Assembly: GCA_043814095.1 (NCBI GenBank)
Contig: JBDRKI010000006.1
Coordinates: 1 to 15,737, forward strand
Length of the DNA stretch: 15,737 nt
Direction: 5' to 3'
Source: Armatimonadota bacterium
GTDB taxonomy: Bacteria; Vulcanimicrobiota; JACPDS01; JBDRKI01
Part shown: piece by piece, positions 8,862-15,737 of the stretch
How the letters are laid out: the number at the start of each line of letters is the position of its first letter
Position numbering within the stretch: the first letter of the stretch is position 1
The notes under the pieces: model-generated
Told to the model about the DNA's origin: nothing
What the model saw: the letters and a program-made list of their open reading frames with translations, nothing else
Database searches by the model: none
Made by a program: the position numbers and the translations under genes

Positions 8862-9136
8862 TTGTCTAAAAAGACGGCAAAAAGGCTTATGTTACCGATA
8901 TTGTAAACGGCAGAGTTATAATATTCTCAATAAGTATGGGTTACTGGCTTGATGAATTACCAGACAAAATAGATGTAGGGTCTGGCCCTTATTATGCAGC
9001 ATTATCTTCAGATGAAAAATATCTCTGGGTGCCATGCGCATTTGATGATAAGCTTTATGTTATTAGAACTTCAGACAATACAGTTGTAAAGACCTTTGAT
9101 ACGGGAGACTTCCCGTATCATGTTCTAGTTAAATAA
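8862..9136 (+). pseudogene. 3' remnant of a YVTN/YncE-type beta-propeller gene
   Basis: The frame is open from 8870 and reads KDGKKAYVTDIVNGRVIIF...IDVGSGPYYAALSSDEKYLWVPCAFDDKLYVIRTSDNTVVKTFDTGDFPYHV, about two blades. An in-frame TAA lies at 8867-8869, there is no RBS before ATG 8936, and no room for the N-terminus after valS. Confidence 0.7.
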
Positions 9137-9164
9137 TCCTATAAAACCATGGGATAAATTTATC

Positions 9165-9197
9165 AATAAAACCCCGGCAAGATGCCGGGGTTTTATT
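9165..9197. terminator. Bidirectional intrinsic terminator between convergent units
   Basis: AATAAAACCCCGGCA-AGA-TGCCGGGGTTTTATT, a perfect 15-bp inverted repeat with A/T tracts on both sides. Confidence 0.9.
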
Positions 9198-9239
9198 ATT
9201 ATTACTATTTGTTTATTCCTATTATAAATGTAAAGATTC

Positions 9240-10118
9240 TTAATTAACCGTATCTTTAAATATTTCTTTTAAGCTTCCAACACTGCCCATTAACGCGCTG
9301 GATTCATAAGGTATGAATACTTTTGCCGCCTTGCCGTCAGCTATTTTTTCCAGAGTTTCAAGGTACTTAATAGCAATAAGATCCTGCGTCGGATTTCCGT
9401 TGTGAATCGCTTTATAAACTCTCTCAATTGCCTGTCCTTCACCTTCAGCAAGCGTAAGCAGTTTATACTGATTCGCGGCCGCTACCGCTCTTATCGCTCC
9501 TGCTTCACCTTCTGCTTTTAATATCTGGGACTGTTTGATACCTTCAGCTTCAAGTATATTTGCGCGTCTTTCACGCTCAGCTTTCATCTGCCTGTGCATA
9601 GCCTGGGTAACATCAGCTGGAGGTTCTATTCTCTGGAGCTCAACCCTTGTTACTTTTGTGCCCCATTTATCCGTTGCTTCATCAAGTATCATGCGCAGCT
9701 TCGTGTTTATTACTTCTCGGGAGGTTAACGATTCGTCAAGAGCCATATCACCTACGAGGTTTCTTAAGTTGGTCTGCGCAAGTTTTGTGGCCGCAAGATA
9801 AAAATTGGCGACATTATAGACGACTTTGACCGGATCTGTTACTTCATAATAAACAACGGCGTCAACGGATACAACGACATTATCTTTTGTGATAACGTCC
9901 TGGGGAGGGACATCCACTACCTGTTCACGCATATCAACATATACCATATGCTCATAAATCGGAATAAGCATCGTTAAGCCGCTCTTGGCAAGTCTATCAT
10001 ACCTGCCCAGCCGCTCAATCAGGCCCCTCTGATAAGGACGAACAATCCTTATGGCCTTCATAATATAAATGAATACCAAAACCACTATTACTCCTATTAA
10101 AAAATTTATAAAACCCAT
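9240..10118 (-). CDS. qmcA: SPFH/band 7 family membrane protein (QmcA/paraslipin-like)
   Basis: N-terminal [53 protein letters not shown] coiled coil, C-terminal [28 protein letters not shown]; NfeD partner upstream. Confidence 0.93.
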   Translation of the reverse strand: MGFINFLIGVIVVLVFIYIMKAIRIVRPYQRGLIERLGRYDRLAKSGLTMLIPIYEHMVYVDMREQVVDVPPQDVITKDNVVVSVDAVVYYEVTDPVKVVYNVANFYLAATKLAQTNLRNLVGDMALDESLTSREVINTKLRMILDEATDKWGTKVTRVELQRIEPPADVTQAMHRQMKAERERRANILEAEGIKQSQILKAEGEAGAIRAVAAANQYKLLTLAEGEGQAIERVYKAIHNGNPTQDLIAIKYLETLEKIADGKAAKVFIPYESSALMGSVGSLKEIFKDTVN

Positions 10119-10136
10119 CTTTCTCCTCCTGTTATT

Positions 10137-10493
10137 TTATTTTTTTTCAACAATAATATTCATGCCTTCAACGTCTAATATTCTAACTCTTGAATTAACT
10201 GAAATCGGTTCGTCTTTTTTAGTTATGGCAGTCCATTTGTTTTTGTTAATCTGTACTATTCCGGTTTTTTTTATGGGATCAATTTTATCTAACACTATTC
10301 CCTCTTCAAGCATATCAATAGAAATTAACTTATCTAGAATAGGATTAACAATAACCAATCCGCTATCAACAGTTCTATAAGGCTTGCCTAGTCTTGTAAT
10401 TACACCTTTATGATTTGGTTTTACAATTCTTATCGAGAATGCAAACATAAACATAAATATAAATACAAAAATTACCATCATTAATATTGTCAT
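10137..10493 (-). CDS. Chimeric protein: SPFH N-terminus (TM + SPFH1 subdomain) fused to an NfeD-like C-terminal OB-fold
   Basis: aa 21-61 align without gaps to aa 23-63 of the adjacent SPFH protein (18/41 identical). aa 65-117 align without gaps to aa 88-140 of the adjacent NfeD (21/53 identical). Gaps to neighbours are 9 and 18 bp. Confidence 0.85.
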   Translation of the reverse strand: MTILMMVIFVFIFMFMFAFSIRIVKPNHKGVITRLGKPYRTVDSGLVIVNPILDKLISIDMLEEGIVLDKIDPIKKTGIVQINKNKWTAITKKDEPISVNSRVRILDVEGMNIIVEKK

Positions 10494-10502
10494 TTTTTAT
10501 CC

Positions 10503-10931
10503 CTAATCTATTTTTTCCACTATAAGTTTCGTGCCGTCTACGGCTATGACCTTAACTTTAGATTCCCTGGGTATGACTTCCCCATTTTTAACAACAGCTC
10601 GCCATTCTTCGTTTTCCACCCTTACTATACCCGTATTTCTTTCAGAATTTATTTCTTCTATAACTATTCCTATTTTATGCAGGAGTCTGTCAGCTCCAAC
10701 TTCTCGAACATTTTTTGTTTTTATTTTATCCGCAAATTTCCTGGAAAACAAAAATATTACGAAAGATAAAAAGGCAAATATTAACCACTGAAAAATTGCG
10801 CTGAATTTTAAAAATGAAAAAATTGACGTAATTGCCGCCGCAATTCCAAAACATATTAAAAAGAAACCGCCTGTTATAAGCTCACCGATGATAAAAATAC
10901 CGGCCAGGACAAGCCAGAAATACTGCATCAT
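10503..10931 (-). CDS. Short NfeD-family protein (YbbJ-like)
   Basis: Hydrophobic N-terminus WLVLAGIFIIGELITGGFFL, C-terminal OB-fold GIVRVENEEWRA...VKVIAVDGTKLIV; GAGGTG RBS; in an operon with SPFH. Confidence 0.93.
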   Translation of the reverse strand: MMQYFWLVLAGIFIIGELITGGFFLICFGIAAAITSIFSFLKFSAIFQWLIFAFLSFVIFLFSRKFADKIKTKNVREVGADRLLHKIGIVIEEINSERNTGIVRVENEEWRAVVKNGEVIPRESKVKVIAVDGTKLIVEKID

Positions 10932-11053
10932 AAAATCACCTCAAAAAGTTGATAAACTATTATTCTATACCTCTGAATATTTACCTGCATAAAACATAAA
11001 GGGAGAAACTTATATAAAAGCGAATTAAAGATTGTTTGAAAAGGAGTGTATTT

Positions 11054-12274
11054 ATGAAAAAATTATTATGTTTTTTTGCAATAATTTTATTTATGTTTGG
11101 TTCCTGCTTCGCGCAGGATGAAAAACTGCTTGCCCAGGCGCAGGAGCTTGCTTTACAGTTAAAATTTGACCAGGCTGAAACCTTATGCAAAAGAATAATA
11201 AAAGACGAGCCTGAGAATTTAGACGCTTTCTCCTGTCTCTGCGGTATTTACACTAAAACGGGTAGATTTAACCTTGCACTTTTCACTATTGAAGAAATGA
11301 AGGACCTTAAGGCAGACCCCGGACTTATAAGTCTTTTAAACGGGAAGATTTACATGACTGCGGGAAATAATACCTCTGCCTTAAAAGAATTTGAAGCATT
11401 GTTAAATAAAGAATCGCCGTACTATTACGAAGCTCTTTTAAATTCTGGAATAATTTATACACGCATTAAAGATTATGATAAAGCATATACCCTGCTTAAT
11501 GAAACATTAAATATTAAGAATATACCCCAATCCTCTACTGCATTAAGCTCCCTTTTAATACAGGAGAAAAAATACCCCGAAGCTTCCAATGTTCTCTCAG
11601 AAGCTATAAAGGAAAACTACTCCCCTGCCCTTGTAAACTTAGCCGTAATTGACATGAAAAACAATAATTCTGATACGGCAAAAGAGAAATTAAATAAAGC
11701 GTTGGAGTATCAACCGTATAATCTTGACGCTTATTATAATCTTGCAGTTATTGATTATGATAAGGGCAGTTATGAAGATTCCATCGGAAATATCTATAAA
11801 ATAACGGATTTCAATATTTTCTACCCTCAGGCTGGTTATCTTATGGGAAAAAACCTTATTGCCATGGGCCAGCTTGATGAAGCTTATATGTATCTTAATA
11901 AGGCCGTAACACAGTATCCTGATTTTTTTGACGCCTATATGGAACTTGGAAATTTATACATAAAAGAAGGTAATTATGAAAAAGCGCATATATATTTAAA
12001 AAAATGTATGGAATTAAACCCCGCAGATCCTAATCTGCAGATACTGCTCGGCACATTATATTTTAAAGAAAATAACTTAGATAAAGCTATAGAATGCTTC
12101 AAGTCGGCTCTTGATAAAGGATCGGCAAAACCTGACATTTATTATAATATTGCGATATGTTACCAGATAAAAAAAGATAAGGAAAACGCGGTTAAGTATT
12201 ATAAAGAATATCTGAAAATAAAACCTGACAGTCAGGATAAAGATAAAATAGAAAATTTCATTAAAAAGACCTAA
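11054..12274 (+). CDS. Secreted/periplasmic tetratricopeptide-repeat protein
   Basis: AAGGAG at 11041-11046 favours ATG 11054 over TTG 11036. Signal peptide MKKLLCFFAIILFMFGSCFA-QD, followed by multiple TPR motifs (e.g. AYMELGNLYIKEGNYEKAHIYLKKCMELNP). Confidence 0.9.
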   Translation: MKKLLCFFAIILFMFGSCFAQDEKLLAQAQELALQLKFDQAETLCKRIIKDEPENLDAFSCLCGIYTKTGRFNLALFTIEEMKDLKADPGLISLLNGKIYMTAGNNTSALKEFEALLNKESPYYYEALLNSGIIYTRIKDYDKAYTLLNETLNIKNIPQSSTALSSLLIQEKKYPEASNVLSEAIKENYSPALVNLAVIDMKNNNSDTAKEKLNKALEYQPYNLDAYYNLAVIDYDKGSYEDSIGNIYKITDFNIFYPQAGYLMGKNLIAMGQLDEAYMYLNKAVTQYPDFFDAYMELGNLYIKEGNYEKAHIYLKKCMELNPADPNLQILLGTLYFKENNLDKAIECFKSALDKGSAKPDIYYNIAICYQIKKDKENAVKYYKEYLKIKPDSQDKDKIENFIKKT

Positions 12275-12296
12275 TCTGTTTTAGATTAGGTCTTTT
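12264..12296. terminator. Bidirectional terminator between the TPR gene and pnp
   Basis: AAAAGACCTAATCT-GTTTT-AGATTAGGTCTTTT, a perfect 14-bp inverted repeat overlapping the TPR stop codon. Confidence 0.8.
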
Positions 12297-12326
12297 CCTT
12301 TTATTATTTCTTACTTTGCTTTTGTA

Positions 12327-14543
12327 TTATCTTTTAAACCTGCCGCCGGGCTTTCTGTCACCGCCGCCGGGGCTTCTTCTGGGTTTATCATATTGAGGTC
12401 TTTCTTTGTATCCTTCAGGCGGGGTTAAGAGGGCTTTGCGGGATAAATTTATTCTTCCCATAGAATCTATCTCCGTAACTTTTACGGTTATTTCATCCCC
12501 TACTTTTGCCACATCTTCAATTTTATCAACTCTGTCATATGAAAACTGGGATATATGAACTAATCCGTCTTTGCCTGGAAGTATCTCAACAAAAGCTCCG
12601 AAATCCATTAATCTTACTACTTTACCGTTATAGGTCTCTCCTGCTTCAACATCTTTTGTTAAATCCAGAACTCTTTTAACTGCCTCTTCGCCTTTTGCGG
12701 CATCAACTGAAGCTATATATACTTTGCCGTCCTGCTCTATATCCATTTTAACGCCGGTTTCATTGATAATCTTATTAATAATTTTACCGCCGGGCCCTAT
12801 AACGTCTTTAATTTTCTCAACATCAATCTGCAGGGTAAACATTCTCGGCGCGTAAGCTGAAAGCTCTTTTCTGGGAGAAGGCAAAACTTCCGCTATTTTA
12901 TCAAGTATAAAGAGTCTTGCGTCTTTTGCCTGCTGGAGAGCTTTACCCAGAAGTTCCTGTGTTATTCCTTTTATCTTAATATCCATCTGCAGAGCTGTTA
13001 TGCCTTCACGGGTTCCTGCCACTTTAAAGTCCATCTCCCCGAGCATATCTTCCATGCCCTGTATATCGGTTAAAATCTTAATATCGTCATTCTTGGATAT
13101 CATACCCATTGCAATACCCGCAACGGGTTTTTTAAGCGGCACGCCGGCGTCCATTAAAGAAAGAGTACTGCCGCACACGCTCGCCATTGAAGTGGATCCG
13201 TTTGATTCAAGAACTTCAGAAACAACCCTTATCGTATAAGGAAATTCCTCTTCACCCGGGAGCATCGGTATCAACGCTCTTTCAGCCAGTGCGCCGTGCC
13301 CTATTTCCCTTCTTCCGGGCCCTCTTGATGACCTTGCTTCGCCTACTGAGAACGCGGGGAAATAATAATGATGCATGTAACGCTTACACTCATCTCCCCC
13401 GAGCCCGTCAAGACGCTGTTCCTCTCTGAATGTGCCGAGCGTCGAGATGCTTAAAACCTGGGTCTGACCTCTTGTAAAGAGACCGGAGCCGTGAGTTCGG
13501 GGAAGTATCCCGGCCATGCAGGAAATCGGTCTTATCTGGTCAAAAGATCTGCCGTCAGGCCTTATCCCGTCATCAACAACAAGGTTTTTAAACTCTTCTT
13601 CCTGCATTTTCTTAATGATTGAACTAAAATCATGATTTTTATCATCTGTTAATATCTCAATAAGCCTTTCTTTCTGTGAACCTGTTTTTTCCTTGATAAC
13701 TTCAATAACTGCTTCTTTGTTTATCCGATCAAAAGCTTTGCCTCTTTCCGCTTTATCGGGCACCCTTATGGCTTTTTTAACTTCTTCGGTAAAATGCGAC
13801 CTTATAATATTCTCAAGATCAGCGTCAGGTTCGTAAACAGGGAATTCCGCCTTAGGTTTCCCGCATTTTTCCTTTAATTCGTTAATAAGGTCTATTATAA
13901 TTTTTATCTGATCATGCGCTATTTTAAATGCTTTAATAACCTCTTCTTCGGTAACTTCATTGGATCCGGCTTCTACCATATTAATAGCATCTTTAGTGCC
14001 GGCCACAATAAGATTGAGTTTATCAGTTTCGTTTAAAACCTGGAATGTGGGGTTAATGACATATTCGCCGTTTTTTATCCCGATTCTGACTGCGGCAATA
14101 GGCCCGGAAAACGGTATATCAGATATTGTAAGAGCCGCACCCGCTCCTATCATTGCCGGAATATCGGAATCATTTTCCTGGTCAGCGCTTAAAGGAAGCG
14201 CCGTAATCTGAACATCATTTCTGAACCCTTCGGGGAAAAGCGGCCTTGTTGTTCTATCTATAAGACGCGACGTAAGTACGGCCTTCTCCGACGGTCTTCC
14301 TTCTTTTTTAATAAATCCGCCGGGGATTTTTCCCGCGGCGTAAAGCTTTTCTTCATAATCAACGGTTAAAGGGAAGAAATCTATCCCTTCCCTCGGCTTT
14401 GCCGAACATGTGGCAGTAACAAGAACCACCGTATCCGCGTAACGGACAACAACTGCTCCGCCTGCCTGTTTTGCCAGGTGTCCCGCTTCTAAGGACAGTT
14501 TTTTACCTGCAATTTCAGTTTCAACTTTGTAAATATTTTCCAT
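12327..14543 (-). CDS. pnp: Polyribonucleotide nucleotidyltransferase (PNPase)
   Basis: FFPLTVDY, RLIDR, HGSGLFTRGQTQ, RREIGHG, SNGSTSMAS, DFKVAG, KH domain (IGPGGK) and S1 domain; downstream of rpsO. Confidence 0.98.
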   Translation of the reverse strand: MENIYKVETEIAGKKLSLEAGHLAKQAGGAVVVRYADTVVLVTATCSAKPREGIDFFPLTVDYEEKLYAAGKIPGGFIKKEGRPSEKAVLTSRLIDRTTRPLFPEGFRNDVQITALPLSADQENDSDIPAMIGAGAALTISDIPFSGPIAAVRIGIKNGEYVINPTFQVLNETDKLNLIVAGTKDAINMVEAGSNEVTEEEVIKAFKIAHDQIKIIIDLINELKEKCGKPKAEFPVYEPDADLENIIRSHFTEEVKKAIRVPDKAERGKAFDRINKEAVIEVIKEKTGSQKERLIEILTDDKNHDFSSIIKKMQEEEFKNLVVDDGIRPDGRSFDQIRPISCMAGILPRTHGSGLFTRGQTQVLSISTLGTFREEQRLDGLGGDECKRYMHHYYFPAFSVGEARSSRGPGRREIGHGALAERALIPMLPGEEEFPYTIRVVSEVLESNGSTSMASVCGSTLSLMDAGVPLKKPVAGIAMGMISKNDDIKILTDIQGMEDMLGEMDFKVAGTREGITALQMDIKIKGITQELLGKALQQAKDARLFILDKIAEVLPSPRKELSAYAPRMFTLQIDVEKIKDVIGPGGKIINKIINETGVKMDIEQDGKVYIASVDAAKGEEAVKRVLDLTKDVEAGETYNGKVVRLMDFGAFVEILPGKDGLVHISQFSYDRVDKIEDVAKVGDEITVKVTEIDSMGRINLSRKALLTPPEGYKERPQYDKPRRSPGGGDRKPGGRFKR

Positions 14544-14574
14544 AATAAATTACTCCTCGTGTATTAAAATAGAC

Positions 14575-14614
14575 AAAAGAGGGAAGAGTTAAAAGATTAT
14601 ATACTCTTCCCTCT
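14575..14614 (-). terminator. Intrinsic terminator/processing stem between rpsO and pnp
   Basis: Minus strand AGAGGGAAGAGT-13 nt-ACTCTTCCCTCT followed by TTTGTCTATTTT. Confidence 0.75.
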
Positions 14615-14635
14615 ACATCTTCATCCTTACCTTGC

Positions 14636-14905
14636 TTATCTTCTTAATCCTAATTTTTTGACAATAACTCTGTAGCGGTTAATGTCTTTTTTCATTAAAT
14701 AGTTAAGAAGACCTCTTCTTCTTCCCACCATCATTAAAAGGCCGCGTCTTGAATGATGATCTTTTTTGTGTGTGTTCAGATGCCCCGTTAACTGATTAAT
14801 TCTCTCAGTTAATATAGCGATCTGGACTTCCGGAGAACCGGTATCTTTCTCGTGAACTCTGTTCTCCTCAATTACTTTTTCCTTTTTTTCCTTTACTAAT
14901 GGCAT
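14636..14905 (-). CDS. rpsO: 30S ribosomal protein S15
   Basis: [18 protein letters not shown]...[25 protein letters not shown]; 89 aa; AGGAGG RBS. Confidence 0.99.
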   Translation of the reverse strand: MPLVKEKKEKVIEENRVHEKDTGSPEVQIAILTERINQLTGHLNTHKKDHHSRRGLLMMVGRRRGLLNYLMKKDINRYRVIVKKLGLRR

Positions 14906-14931
14906 AAAAAAACCTCCTGAAAATTTTAATC

Positions 14932-14983
14932 CGCCAGTATCCTAGAAAACCGCTGGAGACACGAATTTTCCAAGAAAATGGCA
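14932..14983 (-). promoter_or_regulatory. Putative S15 autoregulatory mRNA leader
   Basis: Minus strand TGCCA-TTT-TCTTGGAAAATT-CGTGTCTCCAGC-GGTTTTCTAGGA-TAC-TGGCG folds into a long stem with G-U pairs, between the predicted promoter and the rpsO RBS. Confidence 0.6.
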
Positions 14984-14990
14984 CAAATGT

Positions 14991-15019
14991 ATATTAACAT
15001 AATAATATATATTTGTAAA
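14991..15019 (-). promoter_or_regulatory. Putative rpsO-pnp promoter
   Basis: Minus strand TTTACA, 17-bp spacer ending TG-T (extended -10), TAATAT; the predicted start falls just before the leader hairpin. Confidence 0.55.
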
Positions 15020-15062
15020 TAGCAAATATTAATAAAAAAATTAAATCCATAAGGGAGGAAAA

Positions 15063-15117
15063 GTTAACAATTTGTTAACAAATTGTTAACAAATTGTTAA
15101 TCCGTTAATAGTATAAT
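15063..15117 (+). promoter_or_regulatory. Four 11-bp-phased GTTAAC/TTAACA repeats plus a TATAAT -10 (PhoP/OmpR-family-type activated promoter)
   Basis: GTTAAC at 15063, 15074 and 15085, GTTAAT at 15096; TATAAT at 15112-15117; no recognisable -35 at the expected position. Confidence 0.65.
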
Positions 15118-15165
15118 TATATTGGGAGCGCCTTCTTAAAAGGAGTTCCATCCCGGAGGATATTT

Positions 15166-15737
15166 ATGGACATAAAAAGCGATTTAACCGCGCAAGGAAC
15201 AGCGACGCCCGCAATTTTTATTCAAACCAAAGACACAAAAAAAGCCGAAACCCTGGAACTGCGCCAGTGGATGAACTGGGAAACCATACAAACTACAGAC
15301 CCTAAAAAAATACTTAAAGAATTTGAACTGTTAAAAACCTCTCTTAAAAAGAATAAAACAAATGTGCTGACCGTACAGGTTACTCCGAGTGAAAAAATAA
15401 AGATATTTCATACCAGGGGATTAACCGGGATACTGCCTGAAAAATATGTGGTACTGAGAATAAAAAAAGTTAACGGAAAAGACACCCTCCTAAGAACCAC
15501 CACCTATGAAGTCTATCCCGATAAGGATAATCCAAAAAATTACAGACTGGTTAAGCTGGTTGTAAAAGAAACCCCCGTAAAAGACGAAGCTTTGCCGGTA
15601 GTTGATACAGAAGTCCAGACAATAGAAGTTAAAGACGGCAAATTAAGATATATACACCCCGGCGATGATGACGATGAAATGCTCAAAGCGGTTTTTAAAA
15701 ACGAAGCCGACTATGAGGCCGCGAAAGCCGTTCTTGA
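15166..15737 (+). CDS. Hypothetical protein, 5' part (runs off the window; absent from the supplied ORF track)
   Basis: GGAGGA RBS at 15155-15160, ATG 15166, 190 codons without a stop: MDIKSDLTAQGTATPAIFIQTKDTKKAETLELRQWMNWE...; no family recognised. Confidence 0.85.
   Translation, partial: MDIKSDLTAQGTATPAIFIQTKDTKKAETLELRQWMNWETIQTTDPKKILKEFELLKTSLKKNKTNVLTVQVTPSEKIKIFHTRGLTGILPEKYVVLRIKKVNGKDTLLRTTTYEVYPDKDNPKNYRLVKLVVKETPVKDEALPVVDTEVQTIEVKDGKLRYIHPGDDDDEMLKAVFKNEADYEAAKAVL

Noticed and set aside
11036-11053. TTG start for the TPR gene given in the ORF track
   Set aside because: The RBS (11041-11046) lies inside this extension; ATG 11054 gives a canonical signal peptide.
9535-14211. Short opposite-strand ORFs over SPFH, the chimera, NfeD, TPR and pnp
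   Set aside because: Antisense shadows with no independent coding evidence.
14991-15020. dif-like sequence (minus strand TTATGTTAATA resembles a XerD arm)
   Set aside because: No credible XerC arm; the AT-rich sequence is better explained as the rpsO promoter.

Overview
Low-GC bacterial chromosomal window, mostly housekeeping. It opens with the right end of an IS1202-family (IS481-related) insertion sequence (1-127), followed by a consensus sigma70/A promoter and a cluster of 8 tRNAs (Pro-UGG, Lys-UUU, Lys-CUU, Arg-UCU, His-GUG, Arg-UCG, Leu-UAG, Gly-GCC). A second promoter precedes tRNA-Gly-tig-clpP-clpX-(membrane GAF/HD-GYP phosphodiesterase)-valS, and a truncated YVTN beta-propeller remnant follows valS. 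On the minus strand is a three-gene NfeD / chimera / SPFH (QmcA-like) operon. Its middle gene is an ungapped in-frame fusion of an SPFH N-terminus to an NfeD OB-fold and is the most unusual item in the window. The remainder holds a secreted TPR protein, rpsO-pnp with a probable S15 autoregulatory leader, and an unknown gene running off the window whose promoter carries four 11-bp-phased TTAACA-type (PhoP/OmpR-like) repeats. All family calls come from motif recognition by eye; no database searches were run.
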